Positions 37,291 to 47,094 of a stretch of DNA of 64,000 nucleotides are shown here, one piece after another. Within the stretch, counting starts at the first letter, position 1. Each line of letters begins with the position of its first letter. This DNA is from Candidatus Altimarinota bacterium (lineage in GTDB: Bacteria; Patescibacteriota; Gracilibacteria; JBDHUY01): NCBI GenBank assembly GCA_039809385.1, contig JBDHUY010000001.1, positions 32,001 to 96,000 of the forward strand. Reading direction: 5' to 3'. The notes beneath the pieces are model-generated. The model did not search any database. It saw nothing but the letters and a program-made list of their open reading frames with translations, and was not told the DNA's origin. Position numbers and translations under genes: made by a program.

Positions 37291-38961
37291 ATGAAGCCCC
37301 TTCCCGCCAAAGTCTGGAACATTCGCGATACGACCTCCCTCCCTGTCCACGAGAAACTACTGGCTGGCCGTGGGATATCGTTTGATCAGATGGAGAGTTT
37401 TCTCAAACCGTCGCTGGACGAGCTTAGTTCGCCAGCTATGTTTCGCGATATGTCAAAAAGTATCGAGCGAATAGAGCAAGCGATTAACCAAAAAGAACGC
37501 ATCATCGTATTCGGCGATTACGACGTCGACGGAGTGAGCGGCTCGGCTATTTTGGTCAGAACCTTGCTCAAACTCGGAGCCTACGTTTCTTACCGCCTCC
37601 CCCACCGGGTCAACGACGGCTACGGCCTCAAAAATTATCTCATCGACGAAATCGCCGAAACCGGCGCCACCGTCTTGATTACCGTCGACAACGGCATTTC
37701 CGCCCGGAATGAAATTGCTTATGCGCAAGAACAAGGCATCGACGTCATTATTACCGATCATCACTCGGTTCCGCCCGACCTCCCGCCCGCCTTTGCCATT
37801 TTGCACCCTAAACTGGAGACCGAAACCTACCCGTTCAAAGATCTCTCGGGCAGCGGTGTCGCATTTATGTTTGCCCGCGGACTGCTCGAGCATTTTTTGG
37901 GAGAAGCGGGATCCGTATTTTGGCTACAGATGATCGATCTGGCCTCGTTGGGAACAGTCGCGGACTGCGTGCCGTTGGTCGGAGAGAATCGTATCATCGT
38001 TCACTACGGACTCAAACAACTCGCTCAAACCACGCATATCGGTCTCCAGCATCTGATGAATCTGGCCCAGGTCAATTTGCGCGAAATAGACTCCCATACC
38101 ATCGGATTTTTAATCGGACCAAGGTTAAACGCCGGCGGACGTATGGACACCGCGATCGACTCGTTGCACCTCTTTTTATACGGTGAGGAAAAGAGTCGGG
38201 AAGTAGCCCAAAAACTGCACGACCTGAATATCAAACGCCAGCAGGAGACTGAGAAAATAGTACAGGAAGCCATGCAAAGGCTGGAACACGAAAATACCGA
38301 GCATATCATCGTGCTGGAAGGAGACTGGCACCTGGGCATCATCGGCATCGTGGCAGCCAAACTGGCCGATAAATACCATGTTCCGGCTTTTGTGCTGGGA
38401 CGTAAACGTGACGAATACGTGGCCTCGTGCCGCAACGAAGGCCAAACCAATATCATCGAACTGATCCGGCATTTCAAAGAATACTTCACCCATTTCGGCG
38501 GACACGAGGGCGCGGCGGGATTTAGCATACAAGAGGATAAACTGCCCGATTTTAAAGCCCGCATTCAGGCTTTTGTCGCCGAGAAAAACGCTACTACGAC
38601 CAAAACGATTCCGGTCGAGATCGAAACATTCGTCCTAGGATCGGATCTCTCCTGGGATCTGTATAGTTTCATGGAAAAGCTGGGACCGTTCGGGGAAGGG
38701 AATCCTAAACCTCTACTGGCGCTGGAACAAGCTACGATCAAAGAAATACGTACCGTGGGAAGCAAGAACCAGCATCTGAAACTGGTACTGGAACACGAGC
38801 ACCGCAGCTTTCATGCCATCGGTTTTTCCCTGGGGGAAGTATGGGCACCCGTTTTACAAAAAAACGATTCAATCGACGTCGCCTTTGAGGTCGAGAAAAA
38901 TACGTTTAACGGGAATACCAACCTTTCCCTGGTGGTACGAGACATACGTCGGAAGACCTAA
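37291..38961 (+). CDS. recJ: ssDNA-specific exonuclease
   Basis: GDYDVDG, ITVDNGI, ITDHH, LGTVAD, IGPRLNAGGR, FGGH..AAG, PFGEGNP. Confidence 0.97.
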   Translation: MKPLPAKVWNIRDTTSLPVHEKLLAGRGISFDQMESFLKPSLDELSSPAMFRDMSKSIERIEQAINQKERIIVFGDYDVDGVSGSAILVRTLLKLGAYVSYRLPHRVNDGYGLKNYLIDEIAETGATVLITVDNGISARNEIAYAQEQGIDVIITDHHSVPPDLPPAFAILHPKLETETYPFKDLSGSGVAFMFARGLLEHFLGEAGSVFWLQMIDLASLGTVADCVPLVGENRIIVHYGLKQLAQTTHIGLQHLMNLAQVNLREIDSHTIGFLIGPRLNAGGRMDTAIDSLHLFLYGEEKSREVAQKLHDLNIKRQQETEKIVQEAMQRLEHENTEHIIVLEGDWHLGIIGIVAAKLADKYHVPAFVLGRKRDEYVASCRNEGQTNIIELIRHFKEYFTHFGGHEGAAGFSIQEDKLPDFKARIQAFVAEKNATTTKTIPVEIETFVLGSDLSWDLYSFMEKLGPFGEGNPKPLLALEQATIKEIRTVGSKNQHLKLVLEHEHRSFHAIGFSLGEVWAPVLQKNDSIDVAFEVEKNTFNGNTNLSLVVRDIRRKT

Positions 38962-39003
38962 AAGAAAATTTGAACCCCGGGCTGCCCCTTGTCTCATGTA
39001 CCT

Positions 39004-39146
39004 GTCATGCTGGCCCTGCCCAGCATCCGAAAACGCACGAAGCGTATCAATCACGCTCAGTGAGGAATAAGCTATTAAACTGACAGGACAGTGGATTCAT
39101 GCTTGTTCTAACCATATTCGGACTCCGGACAAGCCGGAGTGGCAGA
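39004..39146. repeat. REP-like doublet
   Basis: GTCATGCTGG-CCCTG-CCCAGCATC ... ACTCCGG-ACAAG-CCGGAGT hairpins between recJ and pheS. Confidence 0.55.
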
Positions 39147-39216
39147 CAAGAGTATGACACAATCTCCTTGTTATTGGCGCCCCGGGTGATTAGAATAAAC
39201 CGTGTAACATTTTTCT

Positions 39217-40224
39217 ATGACAAATTCCCCTCAATCACTGCGCCAAGAGTTTCAGGACGAACTGCAACACACGGATTCCGCTCCAGCCTTGCTAGAACTG
39301 GAGAAAAAGTTCCTCGGGCGCAGCGGTAAGATCAACGACCTGTTCGAAATCATGAAAACGTTGCCGGTCGAAGAAAAAAAGACCTTCGGACAGACGATCA
39401 ACGTACTGAAAAAAGAACTCGAAGCAGCTCTCGCCCAAAAAAAATCTTCATTGGGTAGAGAGAGCCGCGAAGCGCTCGACGTTACTTTGTCGATGAAATC
39501 GGAATATACGGGCAATATCCATCCCGTCAGCCTGGTCAATCAGGAGATCGAAGATATTTTCGTCTCGATGGGATTCGAGGTATGGGACGGCCCGGAAGTC
39601 GATACTGAGTACTATAATTTCGAAACGCTGAATGTTCCCAAACACCATCCGGCCCGTGATATGCAGGACACGTTCTACCTGGCCCAGCCTGGCTATGTGC
39701 TGAGAACTCAAACCTCGAATATGCAGAATCGGGTGATGAGAAGCAAAAAACCACCCATACGAGCCATCGTACCGGGCAAAGTTTTCCGCAACGAAGCCAC
39801 CGATGCACGCCATGAACTGGCCTTTCATCAGGTGGAAGGCATTCTGGTCGACAAAAATACCTCGCTGGCCCACATGCGCTATGTGATCGATGCATTTTTA
39901 AAGAAGCTCTTCAAACGCGACGTGGTAACCCGGTTACGTCCCGGTTATTTTCCCTTCGTTGAACCCGGACTGGAGCTTGACTTCTCGTGTCTGGTGTGCG
40001 ATGCCAAAGGCTGCCGGGTTTGCAAACACACCGGCTGGCTCGAATTTATGGGCTGCGGAATGATTCATCCGTATGTGCTCAAAGAAGCCGGCATCGATCC
40101 AGACGAATATTCCGGGTTCGCCTTCGGGTTCGGTCTGACCCGCCTGGTCATGATGCTCTATAAAATCGAAGACGTCCGTCTGTTTCATAGCGGCGACATA
40201 CGATTTCTGGAACAGTTCCGTTAG
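39217..40224 (+). CDS. pheS: Phenylalanine--tRNA ligase alpha subunit
   Basis: HPARDMQDTFY, LRTQTS, FHQVEG, RPGYFPFVEP, C..C...GC.VCK.TGWLE, GFAFGFG. Confidence 0.98.
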   Translation: MTNSPQSLRQEFQDELQHTDSAPALLELEKKFLGRSGKINDLFEIMKTLPVEEKKTFGQTINVLKKELEAALAQKKSSLGRESREALDVTLSMKSEYTGNIHPVSLVNQEIEDIFVSMGFEVWDGPEVDTEYYNFETLNVPKHHPARDMQDTFYLAQPGYVLRTQTSNMQNRVMRSKKPPIRAIVPGKVFRNEATDARHELAFHQVEGILVDKNTSLAHMRYVIDAFLKKLFKRDVVTRLRPGYFPFVEPGLELDFSCLVCDAKGCRVCKHTGWLEFMGCGMIHPYVLKEAGIDPDEYSGFAFGFGLTRLVMMLYKIEDVRLFHSGDIRFLEQFR

Positions 40225-40263
40225 TTTTCACCGAAATTAACTGTCGGTAATGCTTCTCTTCCT

Positions 40264-40923
40264 ATGAATTCTGATCCGTACGCCAAGAGAATTCTTTGTT
40301 ACGGCGATTCCAATACCTGGGGGTACGATGCCGAACACGATCGTCGTTTTGGAGCAGACATACGCTGGACCGGAAAACTGCAAATGCTCCTGGGTCAGGA
40401 TTTTGAGATCATCGAGGAAGGATTGAACGGAAGAACTACGGTAGTCCAGCATGATCGCAACAGCTGGAAAACCGGAAAAACCTATCTGCCACCCTGTCTG
40501 GAAACGCATAATCCGCTGGATTTGGTTATTTTCATGCTGGGCACCAACGATCTCGCCCAGAAATACGACCGGACATTGCCACAGGTTGTCCTGGGAATGC
40601 AGGAACTGATTGAGATGACCTATAAATATGCTTACACACGCGCACAAAAAAGCGTCCCCGTCGTCATTATTCCTCCACCGTTGATCGACGATACTCAAAC
40701 CTCAGCTGCCGAGAAGTTTCCTCAGGGAAGCCAACGATCTGAAGATATTAGACCTTTGTATAAAAGACTATGCGAAGAGACACATTGTCTGTTTTTAAAT
40801 ATAAACCCGCCTCTTGTATCCGGCAGCTTTGATGGATATCATTTAGACGAACGCAGTCATGCGCAACTGGCCCAAGCCGTTTTTGATTTTATCCTTCCTC
40901 TTTTTACTCTACCTTCAGTATGA
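40264..40923 (+). CDS. SGNH/GDSL hydrolase
   Basis: ILCYGDSNTWG, EEGLNGRTT, MLGTND, DGYHL. Confidence 0.93.
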   Translation: MNSDPYAKRILCYGDSNTWGYDAEHDRRFGADIRWTGKLQMLLGQDFEIIEEGLNGRTTVVQHDRNSWKTGKTYLPPCLETHNPLDLVIFMLGTNDLAQKYDRTLPQVVLGMQELIEMTYKYAYTRAQKSVPVVIIPPPLIDDTQTSAAEKFPQGSQRSEDIRPLYKRLCEETHCLFLNINPPLVSGSFDGYHLDERSHAQLAQAVFDFILPLFTLPSV

Positions 40924-41093
40924 ACAACAAAGAACTTGTCCGCGCCCAGGCTCTGGTCTTTTTGGAAGAATATGCCCATACGCTTGAAATGGAAGCCAAG
41001 CGTGAAATAAATCCCGAACGAAAGCAAGGACTCACCGCGAAAACGACCGAAGTCCGTTCTGTCTCCCAGTCTATCAATATGTACTTGCAATAA
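40920..41093 (+). pseudogene. Small helical protein, apparently frameshifted
   Basis: MNNKELVRAQALV, then in the -1 frame LEEYAHTLEMEAKREINPERKQGLTAKTTEVRSVSQSINMYLQ*. The break is at a T4 run near 40960. Confidence 0.45.
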
Positions 41094-41095
41094 AT

Positions 41096-42914
41096 CTAGT
41101 ACATCGTTTTCAAATAACAGCCTTCGCAGTATACCTTTTCGGAGCGGGACGGAGCATAGGTTGTTTCAAAAGAAACGGAACACCTTTCCGTATGCTGTTG
41201 GTGCTGCGGATCGGTGCAATCGCACTGGCGCGGCCATAACGTACGCGGATTGCGTAAAAGCATGCGATCCCGGTGGCGCTGATCATGATGCTTGCGGGGG
41301 ATGGGCAACCGGTTCTCTCGATAAAATCTGAGTTCGGGTTTGATGATTTTAAATAGTTTTCCACTCACCTCGCAGGTAAGAGCCCAATTCACGATCTCGT
41401 CGGGAATATCGTCAATATTGTCGGGCAATTTTTTCATCTGTTCGGCGGTAATGGCCTTTTCCATAACTGGCAGAGGCGCTTCGTACTCCGACCAGTTGAA
41501 GGGACCGTGTAGAGACGCCCGGCCATGGCGGGGCGTCTCTACGGGATCGACAGATTGAGGTTTTGCTATACCCAAGGCCTCTTCCCGGGTTAACGGAAAA
41601 TATTCCTGCGCTACGGTTTCATTATATCCGTAGGGAGAATAGACATTGGGAAAGAATTGCCCCCATTCCGGCAGTTGCGCATCCGAAGAAGGCCTCTGCA
41701 TGAGTTCGATCAATTTTGGTACCAGCTCTTCGTACTGTTCTTTCGTATATTGTTTGTTAAAAATGCAGTACTGTTTGTTTTTGAGTCCCACGCACGCAAA
41801 ACAATTCGTACAATTCATGCAATGATCCACGTAATAGGAATATTTACAGCCATAACTGATCAGCGTAAAAGCCGAATGGTAGGCTTGTTCTCCCCCGCTG
41901 ACCACTTCGTAGCACAGCTCCATGTTTCCCCAGGCAAAGACCTCCTGACAATCCTTGCTTTGAGCAAACCAGGTACAGTTTTTGCTGTCCTGTACGTCAT
42001 ACGTATCGAAACAGTTTTTACAATTTTTGGTATTCCATAAAAAATCGCCGCTGCTCTCTTCGTTCTTCTCCCCGCTAACGAATTTGCGCGGATATCCGGC
42101 TTTCAAACTCTCGAATCGACGGCGCATAGCCTGAATCTTTTCGTAGGAGCCGGTAAAAAGTCCGGCTTTTACTTTGAGAAATTCTTCTTTGCTCAGCTGT
42201 TTATTCAAAAAACAATATTGCTTCTGACGCAACCCCACGCAAGCGATCGAGTCCGAGACCGAGCGGCAATCGTATAAAAAAGCGCTGTCCCGGCACAGCT
42301 GAGAGCCTTGGGAAAAGAAGAGGTTGTAGCACTGATCGATATCGACACACTCATAGCAGCCGTTCGACTTGAGACAAAAGAAGCAGTCCATACAGCCGTA
42401 CGATTCGTTGGTATAGGCGCTGTAGGAACAGTTCTCGTCATTGATCGCGCCAAAGACCAGATAACAGTTTTTCATATTGCCAGCGCAGTTAACATACACC
42501 GAGTTTTCCAGAGTATCGTCGGAGAAATTGGCAGTATGAGTACGGGGAACCACTTTTTGCAGATCGTACATCTGGTCGAATATCCCCTTATTCCACTCAA
42601 TCCCGCGACCATATACGATCGCGTCGAAATCGTCTTTCCACCATTCGGCATTGGCATAGACCAGGAAACGGGTACCGGGTGGAAACATGCTCACCAGGTC
42701 CTGACCGGTTTTATCGCATTTGCGCGAGTAAATCGTCCGTTCGTTGCGGAACGCGTAGCGTTTTTGCTGGCGACATTGCATGCACAAAGACGGCGGCGGA
42801 ATAGTATAAGGTTTTTCCCTGAAAAACGGGCGATACTTTCTGATAAAAAGCCAGATCTTCGTCCTCCACGAGGAAGACAGAATGACAGACGGCACAATTT
42901 TTGGAGAAAGACAT
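41096..42914 (-). pseudogene. CPR-type Cys-rich repeat / zinc-ribbon protein with a 1-nt frameshift near 42812
   Basis: MSFSKNCAVCHSVFLVEDEDLAFYQKVSPVFQGK (one frame) joins YTIPPPSLCMQCRQQKRYAFRNER (+1 frame). Many CY/CF repeats; ends VYCEGCYLKTMY. Confidence 0.8.
41509..41542. repeat. GTAG-type REP palindrome inside the coding sequence
   Basis: GTAGAGACGCCC-GGCCATGGCG-GGGCGTCTCTAC, translated as VETPRHGRASL. Confidence 0.85.
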
Positions 42915-43139
42915 ATTTATAAAATGAAAAGTTAAAAGTGCAAAATCTAAGAGTGAGGGACATACTGCCATGTTTCGGCAACTTTGAACTTTACACTTTG
43001 CATTTTGCACTCTTCTACCAACCAGAATGACACCCTCTCAAGAGATTGTCTATAAACTTTAGAAAGTAAAATAAATAGACTCTTTTTTTTCTTTTATTTA
43101 TAATGAAAGAAGCTGCCGTTATTTTTCCGACAACATACT

Positions 43140-43916
43140 ATGCTTGAACACCTTCTATCGCGACTGGGGTTGGGAATGAAAGAAATACAGGTCTATCTTT
43201 GCATCGTGGAACACGGCAAGATCAGCCATGCCGACATCGGCAAGGCCACGGGAATCAAACGCAGTACGGTTTACGGCCTGGCCGATACTCTGAGAGCTCG
43301 TGGACTGGTGGAGATCGATCAAGGCAACACGCCAGCTTATCTATTTCCTCTGCCGTTCCGGCAGCTTCAGGAAATCGTGAAGAAAGAAGAAGAGCAGCTA
43401 AAAAACAAGAAACTGGTGATCGAGGAAATCGGTAAAACATTGGATACAATGCAGAAAAACAAAAATTATTCGGTGCCGAAAATGCGGTTTATCGACGAGA
43501 AACATTTTCGGGATTTTCTCTTTAACGAAGGAGAGAAATGGCTGACAAATCATGATCCCGAGGGGAAGCACTGGTGGGGTTTTCAGGATCACAGTTTCGT
43601 GGAACACTACGAAGACTGGATCGAATGGACATGGACCGTGATGGATTCCGATACGAAAGCCTATTTGTTTAGTAATGCGTCGAGTATAGAAAAACGTTTG
43701 AAAAAAAAGTACTACGCGTCGCGTCGCAATATATTTTTCTGGCAAAAAAAGACCGACTTTACCGGTTCGCTGTGGGCGATCGGCGACGATATTGCCCTGG
43801 TCATGACTCGGCAACGACCGCATTATATGGTAGTGATCCACGACGAAGTCCTGGCCCATAACGTACGCGAGTTTTTCAAAAACGTCTGGCGCGAGATTGT
43901 CGGCGAAACGGTTTAG
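43140..43916 (+). CDS. TrmB-family HTH transcriptional regulator
   Basis: L..LGL..KE..VYL......I.K.TGIKRSTVY....L...GLV, PKMRF, PLD-like C-terminal domain. Confidence 0.9.
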   Translation: MLEHLLSRLGLGMKEIQVYLCIVEHGKISHADIGKATGIKRSTVYGLADTLRARGLVEIDQGNTPAYLFPLPFRQLQEIVKKEEEQLKNKKLVIEEIGKTLDTMQKNKNYSVPKMRFIDEKHFRDFLFNEGEKWLTNHDPEGKHWWGFQDHSFVEHYEDWIEWTWTVMDSDTKAYLFSNASSIEKRLKKKYYASRRNIFFWQKKTDFTGSLWAIGDDIALVMTRQRPHYMVVIHDEVLAHNVREFFKNVWREIVGETV

Positions 43917-44115
43917 AGAGTGTCTGAAAAGTCTTCAAGCGGCTGAGTTTGTCATCCGCCGCGGCAGATCCGGGTACATTGGTACAATGGTGAACGAGAG
44001 TAATGTTCGCTATATGGGTTACCGGAGAAATGTGACCGTTTCTTCTTGTATCTAGTTACCGTAAAGAGTCTTAGATGATGGACGGGGCATCGATATACAC
44101 TTTTCAGAGGTCTCT
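43917..44115. mobile_element. MITE-like element (~200 bp)
   Basis: Terminal inverted repeats AGAGTGTCTGAAAAGT ... ACTTTTCAGAGGTCTCT; non-coding interior with REP-like hairpins. Confidence 0.6.
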
Positions 44116-44127
44116 CAGAGAGAGGCT

Positions 44128-44601
44128 TTATAAATCAGAAGCAGGCTTGTTTTCCGATTTATTCTTTTCAGCCTCTTCGGCCAGTTCGATATAGATCATC
44201 GGATAGGTTTTTTCTTTGGGATTGTCGGGAGACAAAACCAGCTGTTTGGATTGTTCGTATAAGTGGGGATAGGCGCCCCCAATGTTCGAGTATTCTTTCA
44301 GAAAAAATTCCTGATTTGCAAGAAGTGCTAAATAGCGTTGTAAATATGCAGTATGGCGTTGTAAAAGAACAGAGAATTGATCATTATTTTTCATTATCTG
44401 AGCATCTTCAGTACTCGATCCATAGGCATTATGCAAAGAAGTCATGAAATGACCAGCGATATCCTGAAAAGTAGAACCGGTGCAACAGTATGTTTTCATT
44501 CCGCGATACCAGGAAAGAAAAACAGCATACCATGCTCTCATGGCTTTATCGTATTCTTGCTCGTCCGAATTTGACTGCAGTCCATCCGGATTTAGTACCA
44601 T
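44128..44601 (-). CDS. Hypothetical protein
   Basis: 157-aa ORF with uncertain start. Confidence 0.5.
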   Translation of the reverse strand: MVLNPDGLQSNSDEQEYDKAMRAWYAVFLSWYRGMKTYCCTGSTFQDIAGHFMTSLHNAYGSSTEDAQIMKNNDQFSVLLQRHTAYLQRYLALLANQEFFLKEYSNIGGAYPHLYEQSKQLVLSPDNPKEKTYPMIYIELAEEAEKNKSENKPASDL

Positions 44602-44776
44602 AAAGTTGCTATTTTCAATATTGGCACCATCCTACTCTTACTCGCAAAAAAGAAAAGAGAAAACAACAAAAATAAGTGACAGTATTTGCTATCAATTTCA
44701 AATAAGACAGTACATTTTTGTATTAAAAGAACTCCGAGATACCTTGGAGTTCTTTTACATGAAATGAAACTATACA

Positions 44777-46174
44777 TTATAATTCAAAACTCTCCCCTCT
44801 CATCGGCATATACACATCCGCGATCCCCAGTTCTTTTTCGATCGAAGCTTTGAGCGGTTCCATCTGGGAGGGTTCGCCGTGGACCAGAAAGACTTTCTTA
44901 ACCCCTTGAACGTGCGACAGCCATTCCAAAATATCGTCTTTGTCGGCATGCGCGCTAAACGAATTCAATACCCGCACTTCGGCTTTCACTTCGTGTTCTA
45001 CCCGAAAAATGCGAACCCGTTGCGCTTTTTCGACCAAATGACGCCCCAGTGTGCCTTCGGCCTGGTAGCCGATGATCAAAATGATATTCCGGGGATCTTC
45101 GATATTATTGGCAATGTGGTGACGGATCCGTCCCGCCTCGCACATACCCGATGACGAGATAATGATGCACGTCCCCTCGCGGCCGTTCAGTCCTTTGGAT
45201 TCATCCGTCGAAGTAACAAATTTGAGCCGTCCGAAACCGAACGGATTATCCTGATGCTGCAGGAAGGTCAGGAACGTTTCCTGATCGTAACTTTCGGGAT
45301 GCATCTTAAATACCTGCGTAATATTCATCGACAGGGGACTATCCACAAAAATCGGAATATCCGGAATTCTGTTTTGATCCCGCAGCGTATGCAGAAGATA
45401 AATGACCTCTTGCGTACGTTCAAGTGAAAACGCCGGAATAATAATCTTACCTTGACGGGCAAAAGCATCATTGACCGCTTTTTCAACATCGGTCATCATG
45501 TTGGGAACCGGGTCGTGGCGACGGTTGCCGTACGTACTCTCGATGATAACGTAATCGGCCTTGTCGATATACGTCGGATCGCGCAGGATCGGCAGATTTT
45601 TGCGTCCCAGATCCCCGGTAAAGAGCAGTTGCCGGTTGGTTCCGTTTTCGTGTACATAGAGAGAAACGATCGCCGATCCCAGGACATGCCCGGCATCGAA
45701 AAAATCGACCGTCACCTGATCGTCGATATGGTGCGGATGGCGATAATTGTAAGAAACGAACCGGTCCATTGTGGCGGGAATATCGTTGACTGTATAGAGC
45801 GGCTCGCCAAACTGTTTTTCCTCCTCGATATCGTGACGACCGGCGTATGTGAAATCGAGTTCCTGAATATGGGCGCTATCCATGAGCATAGCGCTGCACA
45901 GATCGCGGGTAGCCGCCGTCGCATGGATCTCGCCCGCAAAACCGTTTTTGACAAAATAGGGCAGTAATCCGGTATGGTCGATATGCGCGTGCGAGACAAT
46001 AATCTCTTTTATCTGATTGGGAGGAATTAGAAATTCGCGGTTTTTACGTTCAAGCTCGGGACTCTTGTGTCCCTGTCCCAGACCGCAATCGAGCAAATAA
46101 TTCGTACCGCCAACCGTAACAACGTGTTTTGACCCTGTTACTTCCTGCGCCGCCCCCCAGAAGGTAAGTTTCAT
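44777..46174 (-). CDS. MBL-fold beta-CASP RNA-processing exonuclease
   Basis: GAAQEVTGS, SHAHIDHTG, DAGHVLGS, FTGDLG, ESTYG, SGMCEAGRI.HH, FSAHAD, LVHGE. Confidence 0.95.
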   Translation of the reverse strand: MKLTFWGAAQEVTGSKHVVTVGGTNYLLDCGLGQGHKSPELERKNREFLIPPNQIKEIIVSHAHIDHTGLLPYFVKNGFAGEIHATAATRDLCSAMLMDSAHIQELDFTYAGRHDIEEEKQFGEPLYTVNDIPATMDRFVSYNYRHPHHIDDQVTVDFFDAGHVLGSAIVSLYVHENGTNRQLLFTGDLGRKNLPILRDPTYIDKADYVIIESTYGNRRHDPVPNMMTDVEKAVNDAFARQGKIIIPAFSLERTQEVIYLLHTLRDQNRIPDIPIFVDSPLSMNITQVFKMHPESYDQETFLTFLQHQDNPFGFGRLKFVTSTDESKGLNGREGTCIIISSSGMCEAGRIRHHIANNIEDPRNIILIIGYQAEGTLGRHLVEKAQRVRIFRVEHEVKAEVRVLNSFSAHADKDDILEWLSHVQGVKKVFLVHGEPSQMEPLKASIEKELGIADVYMPMRGESFEL

Positions 46175-46310
46175 AGAAGAATTGGATATCTTATATAGTA
46201 TTGTATAAAAAAATTTAATCAGATTAGTATATCATACTCGAAACAAAAATCCTATACTTGCCATTGTCGTAAAGAAAAAATACTATACTACAATCTTTTT
46301 GAATCATACC

Positions 46311-46973
46311 ATGATACCGGAAATTCCTCGAGATAACGCGCTTGGTTCTTCTCTGAAGCCTGCAGCTACGCTTAAAGCTACCGCAGGTCAAATTCTCTAC
46401 GCCAAACAGCTCTTATCGGATATCGAACGTTTTTTTCAGGATATTGCACAATCCATCTACGTACTGTTGGCCGAAAAAACTGAAAAAAATATGCCAAGCC
46501 GGGAGGTTCTCCATACGATTATCCAAGAGCTACAGTACATCAGAAAGGAGGCCGAGATTTGTCTGAGATTTCCGGAAGGCACAAAATTGGTGGTTGATCA
46601 GAAGATTATACAAATAAAAAAGAGACTTTCAAAAAATAAGGTATTGGTAAGACTACTAAATGATGAAGATCGGGTGTATCAAGAACGCACATATACCTAC
46701 TGGTACCTCATGCAATTTTCCGTCCCGTATTTTCCTCCGTCGAAATCGAAAGATGCTGCCTTGGCAGATGAAGATTGGCTTTTTTGCATACTGACAGTCG
46801 GAACCAGGATTATTTGGAAAAACCGCGGCTGGAGGATCCTCAGCATCTCGGGAGAGGCGCAAACAGCCAAAATTATGCTGGAAGACACGAGAGCATATAA
46901 AGGAAACAACAACATGGAAATTTCATTCAGAGAATTGAAGCATAACGCGACATTATCGAAAAGACAGGGATAA
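46311..46973 (+). CDS. Hypothetical protein
   Basis: Helical N-terminal half and SH3-like beta C-terminal end; no family recognised. Confidence 0.6.
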   Translation: MIPEIPRDNALGSSLKPAATLKATAGQILYAKQLLSDIERFFQDIAQSIYVLLAEKTEKNMPSREVLHTIIQELQYIRKEAEICLRFPEGTKLVVDQKIIQIKKRLSKNKVLVRLLNDEDRVYQERTYTYWYLMQFSVPYFPPSKSKDAALADEDWLFCILTVGTRIIWKNRGWRILSISGEAQTAKIMLEDTRAYKGNNNMEISFRELKHNATLSKRQG

Positions 46974-47094
46974 AAATATATTTTTCTACATTTCTTGATT
47001 TTTTCAAGAAAAGGCTCTTTCCCAAGTGATGTATTTTTGGTATACTTCTTTGATTATCAGGAGAAATATACCCGTAAAAACAAACACCACCGCC

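Noticed and set aside
38962-39210. T-box or Phe attenuator upstream of pheS
   Set aside because: No T-box sequence or Phe-rich leader was found; the hairpins look like REP elements.
42808-42822. Programmed -1 frameshift at G GGA AAA
   Set aside because: The heptamer is in frame, but the downstream protein is in the +1 frame; the -1 frame gives a short junk product.
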